A stretch of 64,000 nt of DNA from Cystobasidiomycetes sp. EMM_F5. Its lineage: Eukaryota. The translations under genes were made by a program, and so were the position numbers. A model generated the notes under the pieces. The model was not told the origin of the DNA. It did no database searches and worked only from the letters and a program-made list of their open reading frames with translations. The DNA lies in contig JBPGPT010000013.1 of assembly GCA_051047955.1 (NCBI GenBank), forward strand, positions 434,001 through 498,000, given 5' to 3'. Shown piece by piece: positions 13,600 through 26,749 of this stretch (position 1 is its first letter; every line of letters begins with the position of its first letter).

Positions 13600-16500
13600 G
13601 TGTATTGTTGTCGGGTAAAGTCTCTTCACGATACTGTAGACCCAGATCAGCTTCACCCTGGGATGACCGTGGCACGCTCCAACATGATCAACGCGAGACC
13701 ATCGTGCGACCTGCTTGAACAAGCAAATAGGGCAACTAAGTCACAGACACCTACCGTTTATGGGGGCACAGCAGCATCTGGTCTCTTCAAAGGACAACGC
13801 ATCAACTGTTCACAACAACACGCTCCAGTACGATCTGCCACCACGGACAGCGTTCGGACGCTCCCTACTGTTCTACCGGTACATCTTCGCTGCTTAACAT
13901 AGCTTGCGCCGGTTCTTCAAGTCTGAAAATGGTCTCGCCTTGTTCGTAGTATTTTGGTTGAAGGGAAACAGTCAACGCATTCTCAAAGCTGTCGTCGTCT
14001 GGAGAGGAAGGCATCGGTCAGCCTATAGAACTACTAGTGCGTAGCATTGTGATCCTTGCCTATTTTTCGCGTCCTGTAGTCGGTGTACGGACGGCCTTCT
14101 AACGTTGTCGAAGTGTCAAGCGTGAAGTTCAACTAGGAAAGGAGCGTAAGCTCTGCGCAGACAACACATGTGTCGCACCCAAAGCGTCAAGCTTACGAGA
14201 TCACGAGAAAAGAGCTCGCACAGAGCCAGCACATCGCCATCATTTGCCAAGCTAATCCATTCAATTTCCTTGTCGGTTGTAAGTCTTCTCTCGTACGCAG
14301 CGGCCTCAGTCTGCATTTGCGCTGGAAGCGCCGTTGCGTAGGGACACCTGCATCCAGCATAAGTCAACGAATGCTCTGGGCTTCATAGGGGATTGCATAC
14401 CGTTGCGCGAACATCTCTACACGTTTGGCGCTGGTGGTGTTCTCGTCGACCTTGTATATGTCGACCTCGCTCAAAGGTCGGGTCAGTGGCCGGGCATTAT
14501 ACTGATTCAGTTTCTGCGCAACCGTGATGGTAGACCAGAGATAGTCCCATCTGGCGGGTGCATCACGCTGATCAAGTGTCGTCTGTCTGTCTATGTTGAA
14601 GCTGTTTTCGAGCGCAGCTCTCGTACCGGGCAGCTGCACAAAGGTCTCCATCTGATTTTTGGGCATCATCGCTTTGAAGCGGCTACAGTATGCGTGTCAG
14701 CAATAAACTCAGTGTGACGCAAACGTGCGACCTACACAGTCTGTTTGTTTATTTTGGCGCAGAGGTATGTGCGATGCGCAAGCAAGTCGACCTCGGTAGG
14801 ATGTGATGGATGGGGTTCAGGCAGATATTTACAGCCCCGCCTTTCGAGCCAGATATCATTCCAAGCATGGCCAAGCGCATCAAGATAAGGACCTTCCTCG
14901 TGTGCAGTGACGCGACGGCGCAGCCGGCTCAAAAGTAGCTTCTTGTCGCAACCAGGATAGTATGGCAGCATAGGCTGTACGTCTACAGTATTGCTCGAGC
15001 CCAGATGCACTGCACGGGCATGCAGGATGACGTAGAAGTCGCGAAGCTGGTCGTCCTCGGCTTCCTCCCAGCCCAGAGTGGGTGTCTTCTTGACGCCTGC
15101 GACAAGCAGTACTGAAACAAAGCACATGGTTAGCGTCATTGCGAGGCAGACTTTCATACTGACCAGGCGCTAGAGCCGGAGGAGGATCCTCCGCATCGTA
15201 CTGTGCTAAGCGCGTGGACTGAGATGGCTCCTGAAGCAAAGCAGCCACTGAACGTGAGCGAGCTGCCGATACCGTCGGATCGAAGACTAGACCCGATGGT
15301 CCACCAAGAGAGAGCGTGACAGAATCCTCTACCATGGTCTCCAATTGCTTCATAAGTTCACTCGCGCTCAGACCGTCTGGCGAGCAGAACCACGTATACA
15401 GATACTGCAAATGCTGGCGATCAAAGTTGGCTTCACCGTGTTTTTCGAATGCTTGCTGGATAGCAGCATGCCAGATCTGTTGCTTGTCCTCAAGGTCTTC
15501 CTTGTTCTTGCGTCGACCTGCCTGTCCGCGGTGCGACCTGCTCCCAGGTTCAGCTTCGCCAACTTCTGATGAGTCTTCGGATTCCCCCTCTGATTTGGCC
15601 GGTTGTTGCGCTTTCCGCCTTCTGAACCTCATTTTAGATTGCAGTCTGTCCGTTGATACATTCTTGATGTAGTTTGCAATAAAGGCCTTAGTAATGTCCT
15701 CGTCCCTTGCGCAAAGGTCGTATGTAAGCTTTTGCAACTCTTCTGGATGGTCGATGATCGATTGTCCGTTGTCTCTTCTGGCTTGTAACACTCTCCGTAG
15801 GTAAGTCTTTTGATTCTGGTACAGTGTCGACTGCTTCCATCGCAAAGCGGTCCCGATAGTCCTGGCAAAAGTCTTGGTCGTGGTGGGCAGGAGCGGGTGT
15901 GCAGCCTGTGCAGGCAACAGAAATGTGTCGTACGGCTTACGGAGGCAGATAGCTTGCAGTGTAGTCCAGAAGACTTCAGTATCCGCCGACGTTACCGTTG
16001 GCATCTCGCCTAGCAAGATTTGCTTCGACTTCACGCGCTCGTTGTAAGCATACAAAGGCGCAGAGTTTAGCAGCATCCAGTATGAAGAATTTGTCTTGAC
16101 ATGCGTTTCAAAGTATCTCGGTTCTCTCTGCACACCCGAGTAGATGACAGTGTCGGTGGCTGTGTCGACTTGCGCCATTGGTTTGACCAAACTCAGCTTG
16201 AACAGAATTTCAAGCAGTCGCTGTATTCGGTGGCCATTACGCTGAGAGCCAGGCTCCAAAATCGCTTGCACGTGCGGCGGAGCGTCCTTGACCAGAACTT
16301 GAGAGGCGTCGTTGTTATCGAGATACGCCAAAAGAACGTCATTTAACTCTACAGTCGCGCAAATGCTGAGAAATACGCTGAGAGGTAGATCAGCCATGAA
16401 GTATCCAGAAGCCAATATACGAGTGTCTTGATTGGACGAAACAATATAGCTGGAATCGTTATCATCTGTAATCGATGAAACCAGGTGAATATGTAGAGCG

Positions 16501-19500
16501 CGCGCACGCGCATACATGCCTGGGCACCAGCCGGTAGTCTGAGCTGCGATCCTCCAGTCAGTCGCGAAGATACTTCGGGGATCCGCATTATCAATCTCGG
16601 GAACAGCAATACCGTCGAGTGCTGGGACCAGTGAGCCATCTTCCAACAGTTCCAGTTGTTTGCGGTTAGGGAACAGCGGGCGATTTCCTGTTCTCATGAT
16701 GGTATCCTGCAACGCTTTGACCCATTCCTGCATTTGCGGATCTCCAATCTCAATAGTAGTCAAGTATACAATGGATTTGTTAATCAGCTTGTCGTTCGAT
16801 CCGAGTATCTGGATCGATGTCCGCTTGATAACGTTTCGTTGCTCGAGCGAATTGAGAACGAGTCGTTCGGTACGCTTATCGATCTTGTGCAACACTTCTC
16901 CGGGAGGAATGCGTTCCATCTTCCACTCTTCCCACAGTTTTGTCAGAAAGGCTTCTTCGATAATGCCGCCCCGATCTTTCAGAAGATCAGTAAAATCTCT
17001 TTCGTGGCGAAGCAGAGAGTGGTTGACTCTGTCGACGACTGGAGAGGCAGATCAGTGAGGAGTCCTGCGAAGCGAATACTGACTGACTGACTTTTCGAAG
17101 CTTTAGCTACACGCTTGATGGGTATCTTTGGGAAGATCCTGCTAGACGGTGTCACCGCAGGTGTAGCGGAAGCGATTGCAGAGAGCGATCGATTTGTTGA
17201 TGGCAATCGGGAGGCTTGCTGGCGCGTGCTCTCGCTTACAGCTGTGACTGGAACATCGTCGACCGCCATGGAATCGGTGCCGTTATTCTCCGCTTCCGGC
17301 GATGCTAGTGCGTTTCGCATCTCGGGCACATCAGGAACCGTTCGCATTCCTGGATGGTCCTCTGCAGTGCCATTGAGCATTCTCGCTGGAGGCCTGTCAT
17401 CCGGTTCGTCATTAGCGGCATCCTGCTGAGGCTCATTCGTCCGAGCCAAGAGTTGGTTGATCGCATCCTGAATTTCATCCTGCGATGCCGAGGGTCCTGT
17501 CTCAGCCATCTCTGACGCGTTAGGCAAACCTGATGGATTGTTTGGGATATCAATCGCGTCTTCAAGTAGCTCTGTATAATTATCGGGAGGAATAGCTGAA
17601 GTTTCCGGAGCTGTCAAAATCTCCGGGACGGTTAGAACGCCTGCGACGCGATCCGTGATGTGCTCCTCGACATTTCCGTGCGCTACCGCTAATGACGCAT
17701 CATCGACAATTGGGGTGTCGCTGGAAGCGCCTGCCGTGATCTGGCCTTTGGCAGCCTTTTTTGCTTCACGCGCCATCTTTGCTCGATCCGCTTTTGACAT
17801 GCCCTCTGGGTATTTCCTGGGTCTCCCCCTCCTTATTACTGGCGGGTCTCCAGCATCGGGCTGTTGCGCAGGAGGCTGAGGCTGGGCATTGACTATGACA
17901 GGCACGAGTGGAGGAGGCTGAGATACCGGCTCGGAGGAGATCACCTCAGAATCAGCAGGGGAAGCTGTCAATGTGGTAGCTGGGGCTGCTTTTTTGCCGG
18001 CGCGACTTTTCCTCCGTTTTGTGGCGGGGGCATCATCGACGATACTATCGGATGCTGGCGCAACTTTTATTCCAGCGTCAGCAGCAGTCGTGACCGCCTC
18101 GACATCCTTAGCAGCATCAAGTTCTGCTGTTTTCCGCTTGCGTTTGCGTGTACCAGCTTTTCCTGTGACTGGCTCGTCGACTTCGACTAGCCCAGTGAGG
18201 GCGTTGCGTTCTTCTTCCGTAAGCTGTTTGGCTCTACACCGATATTTTAGCTTCTTGGCCCTTTCAAACTCTTCTAACAACTCTTTCGGGGGCTCTTCGC
18301 CTTTTGCGACGTATTCATTGAGCATTTCCTGCACCTTGTTGGCTTTTCGACTACCAGGAGGACGCCCTTTTCGCTTCGGTAGCTGGTCAGCAATGGGCGT
18401 GTCATCCATTGCTTTCTTTCGTCTCTTGACGTCTGGGACACCAGCTTCTTCAGATCCTTTGCGCGTTGCAGATTGTGCTCCTGTGGCGTTAAAGCCCACA
18501 CATACACCTCAGCGTTTCGAGAATGATTTGTTCGAAGCAAGCCGACATACCTTTCTTTGCGATGCGAGACATTCTTGTCGACACATTTGTATTGAGGTTG
18601 TTGATATAAATTTCCAGACTGGCGGGTGTTTCGTAATGTCCGGCTGATTCTCCCAGGGAGAAACCACCAGCGAGGTCAGGGTACGGACACACCTGAAAGT
18701 CTGGAGCGTCCACTCCGTCTTGTATGCATCTCGCTTTGTAGCCTGTAAGCGTGAAGTAGCGGAGTTGCTTCTGGCGACCTTCCGTTTCCATTACGCTCAT
18801 GACCTGAACGTCACAGAGATGAGGCGGCTGAGGACTTCGTTCAAAACGTGCCAGTATGGTCTCAATGATACGGTGGTTGATGTCACCGATCCCTACTCGA
18901 ATCTCCTAAATAGCGGCAAAGGGACATATTGTTACTGTCAGATCTTTACGAGACTCAGTATGCATACCTTGATAGCTGCACCAAGTGGTCCAGCTTCAAC
19001 GAGATAATCGAGTATCTGACGTTCAACAGGTGTAGTTAAGATGAGATTTGGTCGTTGCACCTCTTCCTCTGTCGTGTAAAGTCAGCTCCTATAAAAAAGT
19101 ATACATGCGTTGCTTGTACATGCACATACCGAGAACACCCTCTATCTTGATAGCCCGTGCGTCACCTTCATCTGGTAACTTCAAGCAACTTTGTAGCCCT
19201 CGTGCACCTTTCCTAGCAACGCCGACTTTCTCTACCAAGCCTTTTTCGCACATGCTTGTGATGATTCGATTGAACCGACGTCGATCTAGCCGTTCCGGTT
19301 GATACTTGAAGCCCTGTAGCAAAAGTCAGCAAAATCGATGTTGGCTCTGGGAACGGGCGTACAATTGCAGCCAGCATCTCAGTGTGAGGTATGATGTTAT
19401 CCTGAGCGTTCTTTAGAGCCAGTACAACTCTCGCACGTATAAGCGGCTCATTCGAGTTGAGATGCGCGACGGTTAGGAATGATAGTTGGAGTGGTTTGGA

Positions 19501-20881
19501 TACGTCATCTTCGTCGTCGTCCACGTCGGCTACACCAGCGTTTGGCACGGTATCTGGGTCCTTCACCTGTCGAGTCGCCCAGTATGAGGATGTCTCGAGA
19601 TAGTGACGGTGAATGCAGCGGGATGTCTGAAGCCGAGCATCGAGCACACGAAATTTGACGCTGTAAATATTGAATCATCGTCGTCAGCTTAGCTTCCGGC
19701 ATTAGAGGTAAGAGCAAAACAAACATCAAGTTTAGCTCGAGTAGATTCTTGGCAAAATGGAAGAGTGACTTTTGATCGTGTGAGAATTCGTAGCCTAGCT
19801 CTACCACAGTCTTGCCCTTTTCTCTCCCTCTTGCAATTGCTTGCAGGATCTGGTAGCATAAGTGAGTGAGCTTGCCGTGCTGTCGCGGTACGATCCAAGC
19901 ATCAGTAGGAGTGCTAGGTGCTCATACACGCGCATCATACGCGTACCTTTTCGTGTGAGCCCGTGAGAGCGATATAGCACGTCTCTGGATCTGCTGCTAT
20001 CCGGAGTGCGGATTGGCCATATCGTTCAACGAGCTGTTGCCGTGTGGACGAGTGTACTTCCGCGTGATCCAGTTTGCAGAAGGTGTACTCTTCTGCATTT
20101 AGGCGTGCATCCCTTGCTCTCTGCTTGTTGTCGCCCATGCCTGCTCTGAGTTCCTCTTTGGCAGCTTTGAGCGAAGGTCGAGCCCGTCCTTTACCCTTCT
20201 CTTTGGCCTTTGTCTCGGCAGTGCTGTCGAGCATTGGAGGCGTTCCCGCTTTGCTTTCATCATCGTGCAGTGTCCCAATTGCCGGACTGCCATTGTCTAC
20301 GGTATTGCCATTCTCGACCTTTCGCAGGTAGGCTACGGTAATCTCTGGGAGTGCGACGAGCTGACGCCATACAAACTCGCGAAACCTGTCGTCTACATTC
20401 TGCTGGATGATGCTCGTGCTCGGCTGATTGGCACACCTCGTTTGCTGTTGTTCATAGTAGGCCGTCAGGAAGCCGTCGAGTCGTTCAGCGGGAGTTCCTG
20501 GGAGAATGGCAGAGAAGAGCGAGCAATGTCAGTCTAAGCAGTCTCTTGCACGGTATGTGTCGAAAGGCCATCAGAGGATGCGAAGAGTGCACGATTCGAA
20601 ACGGGGATGTCGAGTATTTGTTTATTTCTTTCTGGCTGCATTTTGCGACGCAAAGAAGGCCAAAGAGCCGGGCAGAGCAATATCAGTCGCGTCGCAGGAC
20701 AGCGAGCGCGCGCAGAGGGTGTGTGAGTATGGCCAGGGTGTGCCCGGGCATCGTCGTCGTCGTCGTCGTTGTTGCCGTCGTTTATGACTTGACTTGGACA
20801 TTACAATCAGCTTATAATCAGCTCACCGTCGTCGCCGTCCATGGCAATCTCGCTGCGGAGATGCTCGAGCAGGTCGTCCAT
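13600..20881 (-). CDS. TFC3: RNA polymerase III TFIIIC B-block-binding subunit (tau138/Tfc3/Sfc3-like); long multi-exon gene
   Basis: Exon 1 MDDLLEHLRSEIAMDGDDG, then LVERYGQSALRIAADPETCYIALTGSH, winged-helix-like segments and AT-hooks (KRKGRPPG, RRGRPRKY). The 3' end is approximate and abuts the PAN6 stop. Confidence 0.75.
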
Positions 20882-21247
20882 TGTGCTGGTGGTTGAATAT
20901 TATCGACGCTGCCCTCCCTCGCCGTCGTCGTCGTTGGCTGCCTGCTTCCTTCCCGTTTCATACATCGAGCAATCTCTCACACTCCCGCTCAAATGGCACA
21001 CGAAGTGTCGAGTATTGATGGCAGCGTGTGCAGTGATGATATGCCGTGAATTTACGCGGCCATTGTTCGAGTCGGGTCGGTCAAGACGTCAGAGACAACG
21101 TGTAGAGTGCTGATGGAGAGGAATATAGTGAATACCGACATGCAAGGTCACGGCTGACAGTCTCCATCATTGATTTAATCTCATTATTCTCATCACCGCC
21201 GCGCTGGCTAATCCACTCATCCACTCAGACTCTGACACACTGACTGA

Positions 21248-23076
21248 TCACCTCTTCAACGAAACATCCGTAAACGCCTTGCTGTACGCAGGTCGGCTGG
21301 GACTGTCATCAACGTCGATGTCCCCGCTCCCACTTCCAATCTTGGACACAGCCGCTAGGGTATCGCGGGGACTCGAGTCAGAGCGCATGTCCTGGTGCTC
21401 AACCTGACGGCGTTCTTGTCGCTTGTGCCACGCCGCACTCTTCATCCCAAGCAGACTCACTCGCCCCTCACTCCACTTCATGTAGACCAACGCAGCGACA
21501 ACCGACAGCCAGTAAAAGACGTAGGCGAGGATCGTCCCGACCGTTGCGGTGTTGTTCCATCCGAGAATGGCATTGAAGATTGACCATCCATAGCTAGATG
21601 TGCGGCTCTCTGGATTGCAGCAGTCGCTGGAGTACGGGTGGGCAGACAATGATCAGCTCATGAGAAGCGCTAGAGGGTGTATAGGTCACATGGACTTACA
21701 GACTAAAGGTAACGAGTAGAGCAAGTGCAATAGAGCAGATGATCAGCTACGCTTGGAGCAAAGCGCATAGGATGTGTAAAAAGCTACTCACTGCCACACA
21801 TTACCATGCACAGAGTACGATCCCGGCCCATCCCCAGTCTCGGCGACATCGGCGCCAACAAGCTGGATATACTTGTACGTCTGAAAGTACCCCACAGATC
21901 TGCTGAAGAGACCTGCACCGATGAGGAGGAGGAAAGCCGTAGACGCGACGAGGAAGATGGACATGTCTGTATTGACGTGAAGAGTCAAGTCAGCTACTTG
22001 ATTTTCGATTTTCTGCTGCCCGTTGGTTGACCCACTTAGCCGCGACGAAGTTCTGTAGAGCAGGAATCCGACAATGAGCCCAACAATGAGACCGACGATG
22101 GCGGCCAATGGGATGGAAGATCCGTCTTGGCCGAGAGACACGCCTCCGACAAAGACAACAGCCTCGAGTCCTTCTCTGAGTACCGTCACTCCGGGCAAGA
22201 AGAAGAGGACCCATCGACTTGTGCGAGATGACTTGACTCGCTTCTCGGCTTGGCCAATGTCTGCGGGGATCAGAGTCGTTAGAGGTGGTTGAAAAATGTA
22301 GTAGAACATCTCAGCCGACTCTGAATATCGTCATTCGTCTCGAATGCCTTTTGGAGCTTGATTCTCCACTTGATCTTGGCCCGATCCATCCGCAGCATAG
22401 TGATGCCCATGACCCCTAAAGACAGTTCAGAACGCGTTTAGTTAAAACATGCATCGCGCAAGTTGAGCATGACGAACGCCTCACAGATCATGATTGCGGC
22501 AATGACGGCAAAGATACCCTCCCACAGCTCTTCGGAATTGCCATACAGGTCTTGCAGTTTGGTGTAGTAGACTGCGATGAATGCCGCTCCAATAGCAAGG
22601 GCAAGGAGAAGACCGACTCCTGCGCCCGCAAAGATCTGAATGCGGAGTTTGCGCAACAAGCGACGTTTGCGTTGGAAATCGTCAGACAGGAGCGGAGACC
22701 CCGTCCCTTGGGTCGTTTCGCCGTTCAGCTCGCTCTCGGTCGTCAGTGCCCCTTGGCTATACTCCTTTGAAGTGTCTTGGTCATCTCTTGATGCGGTTCG
22801 GCGGCCTCCTACAGATCCACCCTTGACGAGCTGCTCTACGAGGGCGAGGAGGACACTGATAATGATGGCTGCTTCGAGGGTCTCGCGAAACACGACAAAG
22901 AAGACTGCGAGGTGTTGGAGTGTGGGGGATAGACTACAGTGTCAGCTGTGGGCTATCAGATGCCTTCCGAGGGTCAGACTGACTGGGTACCTGTACAGAT
23001 CCCGCCGGGTCGCAAGTGAATCAGCGGATGGGCAGTCGAGGAGGAGAGCACGACCTACCGAGAATACGTTGACCAT
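21248..23076 (-). CDS. FTR1: High-affinity iron permease
   Basis: Two RExLE motifs (FRETLEAAII, LREGLEAVVF), multiple TM segments, NVWHLDCCNPE, IFNAILGWNN. Confidence 0.95.
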
Positions 23077-23147
23077 GACTGCTGTAGCTTAAGCAGGAGT
23101 TGGAGTCGAGGCAGCTCCGTTCTCTCTGTCAGTCTAGACTTTCCGAG

Positions 23148-23156
23148 TTATCTGAT
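23148..23156 (-). promoter_or_regulatory. SreA/Urbs1-type iron-responsive GATA site (ATCAGATAA on the minus strand)
   Basis: TTATCTGAT on + is the reverse complement of the extended consensus ATCWGATAA, about 70 nt upstream of the FTR1 ATG. Confidence 0.7.
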
Positions 23157-23334
23157 CAAAAGGAAGGCAGCGGGCGAGTCGGCGGAGGAGAAATGTAGGC
23201 GACTGATTGGAAGATTGTACTTAGCTCTGACGGCGCACTGTACCATCTGATTGGCTGGGTGTAGTTCATCTCCGTCCGCTCGTCCGCTGGCTTCCCTCGA
23301 GTCCCCGCCTCGGAGCTGCATATTCTGTGATCAG

Positions 23335-23343
23335 ATCAGATAA
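23335..23343 (+). promoter_or_regulatory. SreA/Urbs1-type iron-responsive GATA site ATCAGATAA
   Basis: Exact ATCWGATAA match in the FTR1/FET3 bidirectional promoter, embedded in gatcagatcagataag. Confidence 0.7.
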
Positions 23344-23469
23344 GATTTCGCACTTCTGATCTGGGAGTGCAAGAAGCAGGAGACGACAGAAAGGAAGAGG
23401 CAGACTGCAAATATCGATATTACGGTATCCTTGAGCGTACAGTGAACACATTCACGTTACTGGGTCGCG

Positions 23470-26137
23470 ATGAGAGGAGTGCACTGTGAGTCGTCTGCAC
23501 TTTAGCGTCTGCCCAGTGTACTGACTTGTGGACCCATCCACCAGGCCTGCTCGCTGCAACAGCTTTGACAGGCTCAGCCTCTGCGGCACTTCGAGAGAGC
23601 AAGCTACCGTCCACACACTTAATGACCCTCCAAGCTGACTGCACATTCCCCACACCCATCCAGTCTGGTACAACGTCACCTATGCTTCCGCAAACCCTGA
23701 CGGTCTCCAAGAACGGAGAGTCATTGGACTGAATGGAACATGGCCGCGAGTTGTGTTGTATCGTCGTACTTGCCTGTAGACTGACCCTCCATACTCGCAC
23801 AGACCTCCTCCCATCGAAATTGAGGTCAACGATACTCTGGTCGTACACGCTTACAACGGACTCGGTAATGTACTGACGGCGGTACATCACCATGGCAGTA
23901 AGCCAGTCGCCTGAGTGAACCTTCACGCGCTGAATTGCGGTCCCCAGTGTTCTTCAACAGCAGTTCATGGTACGACGGCGCAGTTGGAGTCTCGCAATGG
24001 TGAGATCCCATAAAGTGGATGAAATGTAGACTGCCAATGTCTGAACCTGATTATGCAGCGGCATCCCTCCTGGGCAATGGTTCAACTACGTTATCGATAA
24101 TGCAGCAGCACAGAGTCAGACCGGGACATACTGGTATCACTCGCATTTCGGGTACGCCTGCATATATGTAACCAACCCGCCCCGATCTGATTGGAGCATA
24201 CTGCACTTGCAGCGGTCAATACGTAGATGGCTTTCGCGCACCCTTCATTATCAAGAACAACCCAGAGTCGTACAAATACGATGATGAGTATATCGTAGCT
24301 GTCAGTGACTGGTACCACGACGAACACTCTGTCCTCCTCAAACAATTCCTCAGCGAGTCAAACCCTACCGGAGCAGAGCCAGGTAAGGCTCAGCGTGACA
24401 TACGCCGTCGCGTGTATGCTAATCGAGCCGATTGATCTCATGTTGCGCACAGTCCCAAAGAGCGGGCTGATTCAGATTGCACAAAATGGAACATGGCAAT
24501 CTGCCTTCAGCGAAAATACTACATTAGCGTTCGAGCCAGGCAAAACGTACCGCTTGCGTTTTGTCAGCATGTCTGCGCTCGCCATGTTTTCGATACACCT
24601 CGATGGCCACAACATGACTGTCATCGAAGTCGATGGCACAGATATCGAGCCGTATCCTATTGATGTCGTCACTGTTTCTGCCGCTCAGCGGGTATCTGTT
24701 CTAGTCACTGCCCTTAACACGACCGATACCAACTATCTTCTTCATGCCGACATGGTAGGTCACGCATTGGTGTTTCTACTTCAAACAATTCGAACTGACT
24801 CGATCTTACACCGCAGAGTCCAGACATGTTTGATACCGTTCCAGACGACCTAATGCTCAATGTGACTTCGACAATCGTATACAACTCTGCTGCCAACGCG
24901 ACCGTGGCCAATGCTACAACGATTGACGAGTACTCAGAATTTCCAGACTGGGACATGGTACCGCTCATCGTCGAGGCAGAAGCCAAAGCCGATGTTTCAG
25001 TCGCGTTGAACGCCTTCTTTGCGACATCATCAGACGGAACCAATCGCGCCTTCTTCAATAATGTCACGTACGCTCAGCCACTGGTTCCAAGCTTACTAAC
25101 GGCGACGTCTATGGGACAACTCGCTTACAACACCGATGTCTACGCCCAAACGAACACATTTGTCTTGACGCATGGTCAGGTTGTGGAGATGTAAGTGGAC
25201 CTTACGCAATGTCCTTGATCCTCCTTCGCCTACTGACACACCGATCGTCTAGCGAGCTCGTAAATTGGGACGTTGGTTTCCATCCGTAAGTAACAGCCAT
25301 CTTCTATCCGAGTAAACATTTGCTGAATGTAATTAATCTCTCAGATTCCATTTACACGGCCACAAGTTCCAGCTCGTATCGAAGTCGATGGACGTAACAT
25401 CAGATAACGCAACCATTAACCCGCCAGTCCCAGAGGGTCTCTCAAACCCAATGAGGAGAGATACAGTCATGGTACCTCCCGGCGGCTCCCGTACATTACG
25501 CTTCCGGGCTGATAACCCAGGCGCATGGTTGTAAGTCCTTGTGCGCCACAAACGCATGCGTGATTGCTGAATCTGCCGTGATTGCACCATACTAGCTTCC
25601 ACTGTCACATCGAGTAAGTTGAGCGAGTCGTCTTCAAAGGGAACAGTACTCACTCGACCCTGTTCATCGCAGATGGCATCTCCAGTCCGGTCTAGCAGCA
25701 GTCTTCATCGAAGCGCTCGACACGCTCCAAACTGCCATCGGTGCTCCTTCTGCATTGAAAAGCCAGTGCGCCCAGCTTGGCTTTGCTACTTCTGGGAATG
25801 CGGCAGGAATAAACAGTACGACAGACTTTTCAGGCTTATCGTTAGGTCCCTATCCACAACAAAGTACGTTCGTCGCACTCTTCCGCCTGAAGCTTTGCGG
25901 CTGACATTTGCAATTTTATCAGTCGGCTGGTATCCAAAAGGTATCGGTGCGCTCGCGGGATGCATCATTACTGCGCTCCTCGGTTTAGCAACAGTAATAT
26001 GGTATGCAGCAGGAGGACAGCTCGACGAAGATGAGCTAGAGTTGGAGGTGCAGGAGGCTATACAGAAAAAGGCTGCAAAGGGCAGTAGAGTGACACAGGC
26101 AAAGCGACTCTTCAAGCGGTCAACAGTAAAGACTTGA
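23470..26137 (+). CDS. FET3: Fet3-type multicopper ferroxidase with C-terminal TM helix; many exons
   Basis: Cu-binding motifs HHHGMF, GTYWYHSH, HPFHLHGH, WFFHCHIEWHLQSGL (Leu at the axial position), NPDG..RRVIG and a C-terminal TM segment. It lies divergent from FTR1. Confidence 0.92.
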
Positions 26138-26749
26138 TGTTTGTGATATGAGATGAGTGAAGAAGAGTCCGACTAGTGTCCGCTCAATGATTGTGTGGTG
26201 GGACTATGAAGAAGTAATGAGCGATTGGATAATGTGACCGAAAATTCCAGTACGACGGCCTGCAAAACATATTTACGCGGTGTGTAAAACGTGCTTGGTG
26301 ATACAGACGTCAGAGGCTATTCAGATTGGGGTGGAATCTACCGGGTGATGGCAATTCCGAAGGGTCCGCCTCGACTGGTCTGTTGCGCAGTCAGCCGTCC
26401 CACGAAGCGCAATCATCGACACGAGCATAAACGATAAGTGGGGTTTGGGTTGCTATCACATCTAGAATGTACGTATCATACACGCGTCATGATAAAAGAA
26501 AGAGAGATGCCTCCGTATGTCGGCAATATGAGGAAGATGGAAAAAGCGGTTTTCGCCCATGTATGCTCTTTTTAGTGAAACGAGACTGCATGATGATAAG
26601 GGTCGTTATGGTCGATTGGAAGAGAGACTGTCTGCGATGTTTTGGATTTGGATGCTATAGATTTATCCGATATAGGCGTGTCGCCATAGCAGCCTGTACA
26701 AGCGTGGCATCCTGTTCACACCGACAGTCCTCTTCATGCTGAGGCGGAA

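Noticed and set aside
20751..20780. (TCG)n/(TTG)n microsatellite, and (GT)n near 27638
   Set aside because: Ordinary simple repeats in a TFC3 intron and the CYC1 5' leader, with no sign of function.
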